Below are positions 10,303 to 20,609 of a stretch of DNA of 64,000 nt, piece after piece. Each line of letters begins with the position of its first letter. Positions within the stretch are counted from its first letter, which is position 1. The stretch lies in assembly GCA_902579065.1 (NCBI GenBank), contig CACHFI010000002.1:2205-66204 (forward strand), read 5' to 3'. The position numbers and the translations under genes were made by a program. The notes beneath the pieces are model-generated. The model ran no database searches, was not told the origin of the DNA, and saw only the letters and a list, made by a program, of their open reading frames with translations. The DNA comes from an uncultured Bacteroidota bacterium. Its GTDB lineage: Bacteria > Bacteroidota > Bacteroidia > Flavobacteriales > BACL11.

Positions 10303-11943
10303 ATGAGTGATAATAAAAATTATAAACAAGCATTATATACATTAGTTACAGTATTCTTCTTTTGGGGGTTTATTGCCGCTAGTAATGGAGTGTTTATTCC
10401 ATTTTGTAAAACATACTTTAGCTTGGATCAGTTCCAAAGTCAATTAATTGATTTTGCTTTTTATGGAGCATACTATATAGGGGCACTTTTTCTGTTTATT
10501 TTTTCAAGTGTAAGGAATATGGATATCATGAACTCATGGGGCTTTAAAAGTAGTATTGTCAAAGGATTATTATTGTCTGCAATTGGTGCTTGTGCAATGA
10601 TAATTGCTGTTAACGGAGCATCGCCTGGAGATTCATCAGCATTTAATTATATACTTGGCGCGCTTTTCATTGTTGGCCTTGGATTTTCTCTACAACAGAC
10701 TGCTGCAAACCCATTTGCAATATCACTTGGTGAGCCAGAAAAAGGATCTCACAGGCTAAATCTTGCTGGTGGTGTAAACTCATTTGGAACAGCAATTGGA
10801 CCAATAGTAGTATCATTAGCCCTTTTTGGAACAGCAGCAAGTGCAAATATTGATCTTGGACAAGAAATTGAAAATAACAATATAACATTAACAGTAGTAC
10901 AATATTTATATATTGCTGTTGGTGTATTGTTTTTAGGAGCTGCTGCTCTCTTTCATTTCTCAAAAAAATTACCTGATGGAAAAGAAGACTCAAGCTTTCT
11001 TGGTGCCTCAAAAGCAATGACCTCCCTCATAATAATAACGATTATACTTATTTTAATTTTTAGGCAAATTTTTAATCAATATATCGGCTTAGGGGATGGC
11101 GAATCATTAAGTCATGAATCTGAATCCTTAATTTTAAATTTATCGCTAATTAGTTTAGTTGTAGTTGTTGGAGGTTTAATAATCTCAAATTTATTGGCAA
11201 AGAAAAATTCTGATGGCTGGGGAGCAATGCAATATCCTCAATTAGTTTTAGGAATGCTTGCTATATTTACTTACGTTGGAGTAGAAGTAGCAATACAAAG
11301 TAATTTAGGAGAACTTTTAAAAACGCCAGCATTTGGATCTTTAAATGACACTCAGATTGCTCCATACATTTCAATGTACTGGGGAGGACTAATGATTGGA
11401 AGATGGACAGGTGCGATAACTGTTTTTAATCCATCAAATACTCTAAAAAAATGGCTCTACATTCTTGTTCCCTATTTTGCATTTGCAGTAGTTCTTTCAG
11501 TAAATGCCATTTCAGGATTTGAAGTAAAACATTTATTCGCATTTGCTATTTGTGTTGCTATTCAGATAGCTGGATTTTTTATTGGAAAAGATAAGCCTGC
11601 ATTAACATTAAAAACATTTGGTCTTTTTGGTGTTATTGCTATGTTAGTAGGATTATATACTAGCGGAACAGTAGCAATTTTTGCCTTTTTAAGTGGTGGT
11701 TTATTTTGTTCAATAATGTGGCCTTCCATTTTTGCTTTAAGTATTAAAGGGCTTGGAAAATTTACATCTCAAGGTTCAGCATTTTTAGTTATGATGATTC
11801 TTGGTGGGGCTATAATTCCCCCAATTCAAGGAAAACTTGCAGACATTATAGGTATACATGAATCATACTGGGTAACCGTATTCTGTTTCGTATACTTAAT
11901 GTACTTTGCAAAAAGAGTTGAAAATATTTTTACTACTAAATAA
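10303..11943 (+). CDS. MFS sugar transporter, FucP/GluP family (unusually long, 546 aa)
   Basis: Polytopic hydrophobic protein with FucP-like N- and C-halves. It is the last gene of the glycan operon, starting 5 nt after the GH92 stop. Confidence 0.7.
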   Translation: MSDNKNYKQALYTLVTVFFFWGFIAASNGVFIPFCKTYFSLDQFQSQLIDFAFYGAYYIGALFLFIFSSVRNMDIMNSWGFKSSIVKGLLLSAIGACAMIIAVNGASPGDSSAFNYILGALFIVGLGFSLQQTAANPFAISLGEPEKGSHRLNLAGGVNSFGTAIGPIVVSLALFGTAASANIDLGQEIENNNITLTVVQYLYIAVGVLFLGAAALFHFSKKLPDGKEDSSFLGASKAMTSLIIITIILILIFRQIFNQYIGLGDGESLSHESESLILNLSLISLVVVVGGLIISNLLAKKNSDGWGAMQYPQLVLGMLAIFTYVGVEVAIQSNLGELLKTPAFGSLNDTQIAPYISMYWGGLMIGRWTGAITVFNPSNTLKKWLYILVPYFAFAVVLSVNAISGFEVKHLFAFAICVAIQIAGFFIGKDKPALTLKTFGLFGVIAMLVGLYTSGTVAIFAFLSGGLFCSIMWPSIFALSIKGLGKFTSQGSAFLVMMILGGAIIPPIQGKLADIIGIHESYWVTVFCFVYLMYFAKRVENIFTTK

Positions 11944-11945
11944 TC

Positions 11946-14084
11946 TTACTGAACAATTACCGTTTTTAGAGTAACTCCTGAAGTTGTAAATATTTTAAGA
12001 TAATAAACGGAATTTCTATCAAGTTCAAACTTTTTAGAACTTAGAGTTTTATATAACTTTCCATCCTGAAGATATATATTGATCTTATAGATTTCCAAAT
12101 CAGTATTAATATTTATTTCACCAAGTGAAGGATTTGGAAATACATTTATCTCAACATCAATTAAATTATTGAGTACTGATGTTGAACTTAGTTCGTCAAA
12201 TCTCTTTGTAAATTCTTGAAGATATATATTCGCTGTAGTATGATCATGAATAATTAAAGTGTTTTCATCAGAATTATTCTCTGCATTATTACTCCAATTG
12301 TGTGAGCCCGTTAATAAAATTGGATCAGAAGCAATAATATCAGCGTCAGCTATAGCATATTTATGATGTATAGTATTTGGAATTCCTGAATGTGATTTAA
12401 CATTAACACCTGCGTCATCCATTTTATCAAACTCGGCGTACTGTGAATTTGTAGATTCCATAATACCTCGAACATTGGTTCCAAAGCTATTATGCACGTC
12501 AATAATTGCATCACCAAGATCATCTCTTGTAAATTCTAATAATGCAAATTCAAAGGTATAATCAACAGAATTAATCACTTCTAAAATTTTACTTGTTGTT
12601 TGATCTGTAGGTGAGAAATATAGTTCCATATGTACTCCATTAACATTAAAATCATGGGGTGTGTTATCAATTTTATTTGAACCGAAAGAGCCAGCCCACA
12701 TTTCTTCAAATTCCATTGTATAGGCTTTTGCTAAAGCTTGATCTTGAACAAATATTAAGTTGTTATAGTCATTAAAAAGATTGCTTGGATTTGTCCAATT
12801 GGTTGAACCTGTCATAATCCATGAGTTATTTACGGAATTTGCATCAATCACCAAGAATTTATTATGCATAATTCCTGCAGCTGGAGTTGGAGTTCTGTAT
12901 ACAATAGGAATATTAGGATCTAAACTATTTAGCATTGAATTTACTACATCATCGTCGGCAATGTACCTTACAGCTACCCCTCTATTATGAGCATCATTAA
13001 TTGCTGTAGCAATGAGTGCATCTGAAGCATTATACACGCAAATATCTAGCGTATTTTGTGCTAAATCCATATACGCTTTTATCGTATCGTTAAAATAGGT
13101 TGTAATATTTTGAGCATCAACTCCAGTTGATACAGATGTTTCCACGCTATGATTAAAATAAGGACGTATTATTCCTGAAGAATTTGAGGCGGTTGAATAT
13201 ATTCCTGTACTAGAAAATGCGGTGTCAGTACCACTCACTGAATAACATTGAACATAATAAAAAGTAGCAGGTTGCAATCCTGATAAACTTAAAGTGTGCG
13301 TTACAACATTTCCAGAGTTATTTAAATTAGAACTTAAAGCTTGAGTGGTGCCATAGTTAGCTTCAGTAGTTGCTGAATCAGATGTTGACCAAGAAAGATC
13401 AAATCCTGTAGTAGAAATATTTGATTGTGTTACAGCTGATGTTAAAATTATATTTCCCGATTGTATGATATCTGCTGAATCTCTTGGCAAAATTTGATAT
13501 CCATCATTAGCAGGAATCAAAAAAGTATACTGAGAAGAAATACCAATTAATGTAACTGGACCAGATGGAATTAAAGAGTTTTCTAATGGATGTCCATTTC
13601 TAATGTATATTTTACCTGATTGTGTGTTTGAGGTGAAGTCATGTGTTCCAACTGTAAAAAGTGAACCGCCAGAATTAAAAATCACATTATCTATCTCAAC
13701 CAATTCAGACTCAGTTGCTTCTCCAATTTGATTAGGAGTAACATTTTGAGGTTGTGGCAATGGGTTATTGTTTGAATGAATAAATGCTGCGGAGGTAGGA
13801 TTAAGTTCAAGTAAGCCATTATAATCAACCAATGTCCCCGAAACAGTTACACTATCGCCACGAACACAACCGCTCAATAATAAATTAGTTGTTAAATCAT
13901 AAAGAGCTAAACCGGCAGTTCCATCTTCGATATATCTTATAGGTCCTAATTCATCTCCGTTTGTCACAACTCCTGTTACAGTAACATTAGCTCCAACACC
14001 TTGTGATCTTGCGGTTAAAATATCTTGAGCATAAATTGATTGAATAAATAAAGCAGTTATTAAAAGTAGATTAATTTTTTTCAT
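11946..14084 (-). CDS. Secreted phospholipase-D-superfamily enzyme (two HKD motifs) with N-terminal beta-rich domains, an FN3-like domain and a T9SS C-terminal sorting domain
   Basis: Signal peptide MKKINLLLITALFIQSIYAQ. HKD 1 is HNKFLVID...GSTNWT and HKD 2 is HHKYAIAD...GSHNWS. FN3-like segment TTGFDLSWSTS...LQPATFYYVQ. C-terminal VFPNPSLGEI... Por_Secre_tail. Confidence 0.7.
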   Translation of the reverse strand: MKKINLLLITALFIQSIYAQDILTARSQGVGANVTVTGVVTNGDELGPIRYIEDGTAGLALYDLTTNLLLSGCVRGDSVTVSGTLVDYNGLLELNPTSAAFIHSNNNPLPQPQNVTPNQIGEATESELVEIDNVIFNSGGSLFTVGTHDFTSNTQSGKIYIRNGHPLENSLIPSGPVTLIGISSQYTFLIPANDGYQILPRDSADIIQSGNIILTSAVTQSNISTTGFDLSWSTSDSATTEANYGTTQALSSNLNNSGNVVTHTLSLSGLQPATFYYVQCYSVSGTDTAFSSTGIYSTASNSSGIIRPYFNHSVETSVSTGVDAQNITTYFNDTIKAYMDLAQNTLDICVYNASDALIATAINDAHNRGVAVRYIADDDVVNSMLNSLDPNIPIVYRTPTPAAGIMHNKFLVIDANSVNNSWIMTGSTNWTNPSNLFNDYNNLIFVQDQALAKAYTMEFEEMWAGSFGSNKIDNTPHDFNVNGVHMELYFSPTDQTTSKILEVINSVDYTFEFALLEFTRDDLGDAIIDVHNSFGTNVRGIMESTNSQYAEFDKMDDAGVNVKSHSGIPNTIHHKYAIADADIIASDPILLTGSHNWSNNAENNSDENTLIIHDHTTANIYLQEFTKRFDELSSTSVLNNLIDVEINVFPNPSLGEININTDLEIYKINIYLQDGKLYKTLSSKKFELDRNSVYYLKIFTTSGVTLKTVIVQ

Positions 14085-14093
14085 TTTATAAAG

Positions 14094-16901
14094 TTAAAAG
14101 TTAAAGGTAGCAGAAAGATTAAGTCTTCTTCCTAAACCAAAATATACTCCTGCAGATTTTGCATCAAAATCTTGATAATTTGTGTTATATGGATCATTAT
14201 TCTGTGCATCAGAAATATACATCTCATCAAATAAATTTAAAATACTAAGTCTTAAATTTAGTTTATTCTTTTTTGATAATTGAATTTTATAACCACAGTG
14301 CAAATCAAACAAGGCATATGATGGAATTTTCCAAGATTCTCTTCTAGCATTTATACCATTCAAAGAAAGTGGGTCAAAATCAGAATAATAATTATCAAAA
14401 TATGTTCCTCTTATTTTAAAGTAGGAATTAAAAGTAGGCTCATATCTTAAACTCAAACCATACTGTGTTTGAGCAGCATCACCTACATGTACATTAACAG
14501 CATCAAATGTTGCTATTACTTCGTTATTAAAATCATCTAGAACAGGATTATTATTATCATCTAAAAATCGCACCGTGTCTTCTGATTTCCATCTCCAATC
14601 ACCTAAGGATAATAAGCCTTCGACACTAAGATTGGGTAAAATTTTATAAATAAAATCAAATTCAATTCCTTTATGTAATGCATCCATACCATTTATATTG
14701 GCTCTGTATGTTACGTCATCAATCATAACACTAACACCCCCATTTGAAGGTTTGTTTTGCCATGAAGTGTAATATGAATTTAGATTCGCAGAGAATAGTC
14801 TTGATCTATAAGAATATCCCAATTCAGCAGCAATTACATTTTCATTTTGTATATCTCTAAAAAGCTGATTACTATAATCATAAACATTATTAAATCTAGG
14901 TGATTTTGAAATATATCCAAGATTAATAAAAGCATTATGAAAATCATCAAAATTATAATTCATTCCTGTTTTAATAGTAAAACTTGGAATCCACTTCCAA
15001 TCTGTTTCTGCGAGTTTTGCCTCTTCAGAATTCATGGTATATGCTCTTCCGTTATAAAATATGGTATCTTCTATCATGGATTTTTCAGCCCCTATAATTG
15101 TTCCATTTTCGTCAAAAATATATGTTGTATTCACTGAAGTACCAAGAGCTTCAACAAATGTAGTGTCTTCTAAAACTAAATCTTTCTTTTTAAAATGGTC
15201 TATTCTTTTATATGCAGAATTAGCAGCAGATAAATTAATAAATGAACTTATTTTGCCATCACTATATTCTAGCTGAGAAAAACCTCCTATCCATTTTACA
15301 TATCCATCATTATTGTAACCAACTTTGTCTCCTTTTCTTTTTACTTGAGATACTTGCACTCCATTAGCATCATCAATTGCATAATCACCTCCTAACAAAT
15401 CATATACCTCTCTATAATGTTCTCCCTTATAGTATCTGTAATCAAAACCTCCAGAAATAGTAATGCTATCAGAGAGTTTATAATTCACTGTTGAAAGCAA
15501 TCCATACCAAAAATGGTTATTAATTGAACTTCTTAAATATGTTTCTGACTTATTTTCATCAGAATAAAACTGATCCAGATTATTGGAATTTAAGTCATAG
15601 AATTCCTGTAAATTAATCTGGCCATTGTTATCATAATTATCTGAGTTGGAACTAAGTCTAGTCCCTCCTCCATTTCCAATTGATAAATACGAAATATTAG
15701 AAACATATAATTTTTTATTGACCGTCCAAAAATCTCTTAATGAGAATTGAGGCTTATGATAATAGTTTTTTCTTGTGTTTAATGTTTCATTATTATGTAT
15801 TGTATCTCCATTAGAATTTAGCGTCCATCTATCAAGACAACCCCAGTGTTTATTATATTGAATTCCCTTATTTACTATTCTGCCAGCAAAAGAAGAAGTA
15901 TCTCCAAGCTCTCTGGCAAAAGTTGTGTCATATGTTGCTATATCACTTTTGTATGATCTTTGTCCATGATTTTGAGGAGCTCCCATTACTGACAAGCTTA
16001 ATACATGCTTTCCTAATTCTTTTTGAATTTTAGTATAATAGAAAAATCCTTGACTATATGTTTCATCTACGAAACCGTTACCTTGTTTATATGAACCAGC
16101 TAAAGTTAAACCCCAACCATTTTTTAATTTACCAGTATTATAACCAATAGATGTGCGTATTTTTCCAAAAGAACCGATCTCTTGTTTTATTTTCCCACCT
16201 GATTTATTACCAGTTCCTTTTGTTAAAATATTCATAGTTCCTCCTACAGATGGTATTGCTAGTTTTGATGCGCCCAATCCTCTTTGAACTTGAATGTTTG
16301 AAGTTACTGCATCGAGACCAAACCAATTACTCCAATATACCCAACCATTTTCCATGTCATTAACTGGAATACCATCAATCATAACAGCAACGTTTCTTTG
16401 GTTAAATCCTCTAATTGTAATTCTGGCATCTCCGTCACCTCCACCAGACTGAGTAGCATAAACTCCAGGTGTTGAATTTAAAATCATAGGTATGTCTTGA
16501 GATGCTAATTCCTCTGTAATCTTTTTAATTGGAATACTTGAAAATGCTACTGGAGTTTCTCTTTCTTTAGCTAAATCAGCTGTTACTTGAACTTCATTTA
16601 ACAATAGGGTCTTTAATTTAAAATTAAATACTGAAGAATTTTTTGAAACGTTTATTCTCTTAGAAAGTTGCGTATAACCAACATATGAAATTGTTAGATT
16701 TCGTTCACCTTCACTTATTTCAAAAGAATAGTTTCCATCAATATCAGTTACCGTTCCTTTCCCCTTTCCAAAAATAATTGTTGCTCCAATTAATGGTTCG
16801 GATGTTGATGCATCAGTAACATTTCCTTTTACAACAATCTGAGAAAAAGCAGAATTAAAGCTGATAAAACTGCATAAAAATAATATAAGTCCTCTTTTCA
16901 A
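14094..16901 (-). CDS. TonB-dependent outer-membrane receptor with N-terminal CarboxypepD_reg domain; no SusD partner
   Basis: Signal peptide, then VKGNVTDASTSEPLIGATI...TDIDGNYSF (carboxypeptidase-regulatory-like), a plug region (ARITIRGFNQRNVAVMIDGIPVND) and a terminal aromatic residue (...LSATFNF). Confidence 0.85.
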   Translation of the reverse strand: MKRGLILFLCSFISFNSAFSQIVVKGNVTDASTSEPLIGATIIFGKGKGTVTDIDGNYSFEISEGERNLTISYVGYTQLSKRINVSKNSSVFNFKLKTLLLNEVQVTADLAKERETPVAFSSIPIKKITEELASQDIPMILNSTPGVYATQSGGGDGDARITIRGFNQRNVAVMIDGIPVNDMENGWVYWSNWFGLDAVTSNIQVQRGLGASKLAIPSVGGTMNILTKGTGNKSGGKIKQEIGSFGKIRTSIGYNTGKLKNGWGLTLAGSYKQGNGFVDETYSQGFFYYTKIQKELGKHVLSLSVMGAPQNHGQRSYKSDIATYDTTFARELGDTSSFAGRIVNKGIQYNKHWGCLDRWTLNSNGDTIHNNETLNTRKNYYHKPQFSLRDFWTVNKKLYVSNISYLSIGNGGGTRLSSNSDNYDNNGQINLQEFYDLNSNNLDQFYSDENKSETYLRSSINNHFWYGLLSTVNYKLSDSITISGGFDYRYYKGEHYREVYDLLGGDYAIDDANGVQVSQVKRKGDKVGYNNDGYVKWIGGFSQLEYSDGKISSFINLSAANSAYKRIDHFKKKDLVLEDTTFVEALGTSVNTTYIFDENGTIIGAEKSMIEDTIFYNGRAYTMNSEEAKLAETDWKWIPSFTIKTGMNYNFDDFHNAFINLGYISKSPRFNNVYDYSNQLFRDIQNENVIAAELGYSYRSRLFSANLNSYYTSWQNKPSNGGVSVMIDDVTYRANINGMDALHKGIEFDFIYKILPNLSVEGLLSLGDWRWKSEDTVRFLDDNNNPVLDDFNNEVIATFDAVNVHVGDAAQTQYGLSLRYEPTFNSYFKIRGTYFDNYYSDFDPLSLNGINARRESWKIPSYALFDLHCGYKIQLSKKNKLNLRLSILNLFDEMYISDAQNNDPYNTNYQDFDAKSAGVYFGLGRRLNLSATFNF

Positions 16902-16922
16902 GATTTAATTTATATAGAAAAT

Positions 16923-17279
16923 CTATAGTATAATTAGTTTGTGTTCTACAGAATTCCCGTTTTCAAGTAAAATTCTTAAAATATAATTACCCGAACTTAA
17001 TTCACCATTTTGTATTATAGCTTGTTTTGAATTAATTGGATTTATAACAAATTGTTTTCCTTCTATGTTGTACAAAAATATTTTTTCAATGTTATCAAAT
17101 GTACTTACCTCAATGTTATCTCCAATATTTGCTGGATTAGGGTATACCACATAACTTGATTGTTTTGAATTATCTGTACTAGAAGTAATACAATCACAAC
17201 TATGTGAGCCTAAACCTGAATAAGTTGCATCTGGTAGTGAATCCCATTCTAGTGTTGGGTTAAAAACAATAGGGTTCAT
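16923..17279 (-). CDS. C-terminal fragment of the lamin-tail-domain protein; carries the T9SS sorting domain (split from 17260-17844 by a frameshift)
   Basis: VVYPNPANIGDNIEV...ILRILLENGNSVEHKLIIL is a Por_Secre_tail. Removing one base of the T8 run at 17289-17296 joins it in frame to the upstream ORF. Confidence 0.6.
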   Translation of the reverse strand: MNPIVFNPTLEWDSLPDATYSGLGSHSCDCITSSTDNSKQSSYVVYPNPANIGDNIEVSTFDNIEKIFLYNIEGKQFVINPINSKQAIIQNGELSSGNYILRILLENGNSVEHKLIIL

Positions 17280-17844
17280 AGTAACTCCTTTTTTTTACAG
17301 ATGATTTTCTTACTAACGTCTGTCGTTTAGTCCACCATGTTCCGCCATTAGCATCAGTGTAACCTGCTGAAGCATCATCAGTCCATGCAGAACCTGGATC
17401 TTCACCTACTTTACCAATAATGTCAATTATACCGCCATCTTTTTCTAAAGTAATTGCATCATCACCATTAAAATAAAAAGGCGTAGGATATACACCGCTA
17501 CAATGCAAGTCACAAGAATTATAAAATGTTGGGTCTACAGGAACAGACCAGTATGAAGTAACCCAAACCGAATCTAACTGACCATTTCCTATTGAAATAG
17601 TTTGACCTGGAGCAATAGAACCTGAAAGTTGCCATGTATCAGGACCTGAACTAGATCCATTAGAATACCTATTCACTGTATATGCACTTAAATCAAATGT
17701 ACTATTTGAAGGGTTGTAAATTTCAACTCCGTTATTATTAGCGGGACCTTCAACATATTCTGAAAAAAACAAATCAGTACAGTCTTGTGCTACTATTGAT
17801 GAAACAAAGCATAAGTTTAAAAAAGTTAGTATAATTCTTTTCAT
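17260..17844 (-). CDS. Lamin-tail-domain (LTD) secreted protein, N-terminal fragment
   Basis: Signal peptide MKRIILTFLNLCFVSSIVAQ, then LTD signature FFSEYVEGPANNNGVEIYNPSNSTFDLSAYTV...LSGSIAPGQT. The ORF ends 7 codons after an A8 run (coding strand). Confidence 0.65.
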   Translation of the reverse strand: MKRIILTFLNLCFVSSIVAQDCTDLFFSEYVEGPANNNGVEIYNPSNSTFDLSAYTVNRYSNGSSSGPDTWQLSGSIAPGQTISIGNGQLDSVWVTSYWSVPVDPTFYNSCDLHCSGVYPTPFYFNGDDAITLEKDGGIIDIIGKVGEDPGSAWTDDASAGYTDANGGTWWTKRQTLVRKSSVKKRSYYEPYCF

Positions 17845-17963
17845 ATTGATATTTTTTATAAATAATGGCTAATTTACAAAAACATTAAATTATTAGTAGA
17901 GATTATTATATTAAATTACCTTTACAAAAACAAATTAAATATGTTAATAAAAAATAATATTTA

Positions 17964-19856
17964 ATGAGAATAAATAACTTAGAAGAATACAAGCTTGAGA
18001 AAGAGAATTTTGATAAAAACCCTGAAGAGTTTTGGGCTAAAAAAGCTAATTCATTTACATGGCATAAAAAATGGGAGGAGGTTCTAGATTGGGATTTTCA
18101 CAAGGCTCATGTCAAGTGGTTTGATGGGGGAAAATTAAATATAACAGAAAATTGTCTTGATAGACATCTTGCATCTTCAGGTGATCAAATTGCTATAAAG
18201 TGGATTGCTAATAATCCAAAAGAAAAAAATATTGACATTTCATATAATGAACTTTATGAAAAAGTATGTCAATTTTCAAATGTTTTAAAAAATAAAGGAA
18301 TAAAAAAGGGAGACAGAATTTGTTTGTATATGCCAATGGTTCCTGAGCTTGCAATTGCAGTTCTAGCCTGTGCAAGAATTGGAGCAATTCATTCCGTAGT
18401 TTTTGCCGGATTTTCTGCAAAATCACTTTGTGATAGAATAAATGACGCTCAATGTAAAGCATTAATAACTTCAGACGGCGGTTTTAGGGGAAATAAAATC
18501 ACTCCACTAAAGAAAATCGCAGATGAAGCAATGAAAAATACTCCTTCAATCCAATGCTGTATTGTACTTGAAAGAACAAATACACCAATTATTATGAAAA
18601 ATAATCGAGATTTTTGGTGGCATGAAGAAATGAAAAAAACTAGCATACATCACCATGCCGAAATTATGGATTCTGAAGATCAATTGTTTATTCTCTATAC
18701 ATCTGGGTCAACTGGTAGACCAAAAGGTATTGTACATACAACAGCAGGATACATGATTTATGCTCAGTATTCTTTTGAAAATGTTTTTCAATACAATCAT
18801 GGAGATCTATATTGGTGTACTGCAGATATCGGATGGATTACTGGGCATACTTATATAATTTACGGACCATTGCTTGCGGGAGCTACAACTGTTATGTTTG
18901 AAGGAGTTCCTACATATCCAGATGCAGGAAGATTTTGGGAAATTGTTGAGAAAAATAAAATAAATATTTTTTATACTGCGCCAACTGCAATTAGATCATT
19001 GGAAGCCTACGGAAATGAATACGTTAAAAAATATGATCTTGAATCATTAAAGGTATTGGGAACGGTTGGAGAGCCAATAAATGAAGATGCATGGAACTGG
19101 TATTTTAAAGAAATCGGAGGTGAGAAATGCCCAATTGTTGACACTTGGTGGCAAACCGAAACAGGTGGTATAATGATATCAAATCTTGCTGGGATTAATA
19201 AGGCAAAGCCAACATTTGCGACCCTTCCTCTTCCTGGTATAAAAGCATGTATTGTGGATGAAAACGGAGATGAATTAGAAACTAATAATACAGAAGGTAA
19301 ATTATGTGTAAAATACCCATGGCCTTCAATGGCAAGAACAATTTACGGAGATCACCAAAGGTTTATTGACACTTATTTTTCTTCTTTTCCTGGCAAATAC
19401 TTTAGTGGTGATGGATGTTATAAAAATGAGGAGGGGCTTTTTAGAATAACCGGTAGAGTTGATGATGTGCTTATTGTTTCTGGTCACAATCTAGGAACAG
19501 CAGAAATTGAAAGTGCAATTGATGAACATAAAAATGTTTGTGAAAGTGCAATTGTTGGATATCCTCATTCAATAAAAGGAAATGGAATATTTGCATACAT
19601 AATTTGTCATTCTTCACCAAAAGACAAGAAAGCTACAGGAATAGAAATTAATGATTTAATTACCAAACATGTAGGGCCGATTGCTAAGGTTGATAAATTT
19701 CTATATGTTGAAGGGCTTCCGAAGACAAGATCTGGAAAAATAATGAGACGTATACTAAGAAAAATAGCAAGTGGAGAATTTAATGAACTTGGGGACACAA
19801 GTACTTTACTTGATCCAAATGTTGTAACAAGTATTATTAAAGAATCACAGAAATAG
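17964..19856 (+). CDS. acs: Acetyl-CoA synthetase
   Basis: AMP-binding motif YTSGSTGRPKG, DTWWQTETGG, C-terminal PKTRSGKIMRRILRKI. 630 aa. Confidence 0.95.
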   Translation: MRINNLEEYKLEKENFDKNPEEFWAKKANSFTWHKKWEEVLDWDFHKAHVKWFDGGKLNITENCLDRHLASSGDQIAIKWIANNPKEKNIDISYNELYEKVCQFSNVLKNKGIKKGDRICLYMPMVPELAIAVLACARIGAIHSVVFAGFSAKSLCDRINDAQCKALITSDGGFRGNKITPLKKIADEAMKNTPSIQCCIVLERTNTPIIMKNNRDFWWHEEMKKTSIHHHAEIMDSEDQLFILYTSGSTGRPKGIVHTTAGYMIYAQYSFENVFQYNHGDLYWCTADIGWITGHTYIIYGPLLAGATTVMFEGVPTYPDAGRFWEIVEKNKINIFYTAPTAIRSLEAYGNEYVKKYDLESLKVLGTVGEPINEDAWNWYFKEIGGEKCPIVDTWWQTETGGIMISNLAGINKAKPTFATLPLPGIKACIVDENGDELETNNTEGKLCVKYPWPSMARTIYGDHQRFIDTYFSSFPGKYFSGDGCYKNEEGLFRITGRVDDVLIVSGHNLGTAEIESAIDEHKNVCESAIVGYPHSIKGNGIFAYIICHSSPKDKKATGIEINDLITKHVGPIAKVDKFLYVEGLPKTRSGKIMRRILRKIASGEFNELGDTSTLLDPNVVTSIIKESQK

Positions 19857-19883
19857 TTAACTTTGCGAATCAAACTGTTCTAG

Positions 19884-20609
19884 ATGTCAAATTTAATTAT
19901 CATACCTACTTATAATGAAATTGAAAATATTGAAAATATTATCCGAAAAGTATTTTCACTAGAAGAATCATTTAGTATTCTGATAATTGATGATGGTTCT
20001 CCTGATGGAACGGCAAAAAAAGTAAAAGAACTACAAAAAGAATTTTCAAACACATTATTTATTGAAGAAAGAAAGGGTAAGTTAGGCTTAGGTACTGCTT
20101 ATATTCTCGGCTTTAAATGGGCATTAAAAAAAGATTATCAATATATTTTTGAAATGGATGCTGATTTTTCACACGATCCAAATGATCTTTCAAGATTATT
20201 AATAGCTTGTAAAGAAAAGGAAGGAGATGTGGCAATTGGATCAAGATATGTTAAGGGAGTAAATATTGTAAATTGGCCTATGAGTAGACTATTAATGTCC
20301 TATTTCGCTTCAAAATATGTAAAGGCAATAACTGGAATGCCAATTCATGACTCTACTGCTGGATTTAAATGCTATAATAGAAAAGTTTTAGAGAAAATTA
20401 ATCTTGACAAGATTGAATTTGTTGGCTATGCCTTTCAAATAGAAATGAAATTTACGTCTTGGAAATACGGATTCAATATCATAGAAGTTCCAGTAATTTT
20501 TACAGATCGACAAGAAGGAAATTCAAAAATGAGTGGTGGAATATTCTATGAAGCTCTCTTTGGAGTAATCAAAATGAAAGTAAAGAGCTATTTTAAAAAC
20601 TGGAAATAG
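19884..20609 (+). CDS. GT2 polyprenol/dolichol-phosphate mannosyltransferase-like glycosyltransferase
   Basis: IIIPTYNEIENI, IIDDGSPDGT and DADFSHDP motifs. Confidence 0.8.
   Translation: MSNLIIIPTYNEIENIENIIRKVFSLEESFSILIIDDGSPDGTAKKVKELQKEFSNTLFIEERKGKLGLGTAYILGFKWALKKDYQYIFEMDADFSHDPNDLSRLLIACKEKEGDVAIGSRYVKGVNIVNWPMSRLLMSYFASKYVKAITGMPIHDSTAGFKCYNRKVLEKINLDKIEFVGYAFQIEMKFTSWKYGFNIIEVPVIFTDRQEGNSKMSGGIFYEALFGVIKMKVKSYFKNWK

Noticed and set aside
10667-11017. 116-aa Gln/Leu-rich ORF antisense to the MFS transporter, together with similar antisense ORFs at 47438-47809, 59988-60287, 8044-8280 and others
   Set aside because: They are low-complexity translations lying fully inside well-supported genes. 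They have no signal, motif or independent start context.
11946-14084. PLD/HKD nuclease considered as an anti-phage defence effector
   Set aside because: It has a cleavable signal peptide and a T9SS C-terminal sorting domain, and it is flanked by an outer-membrane receptor. An extracellular role fits better than intracellular defence. No helicase, methylase, ATPase or other typical defence partner is present.
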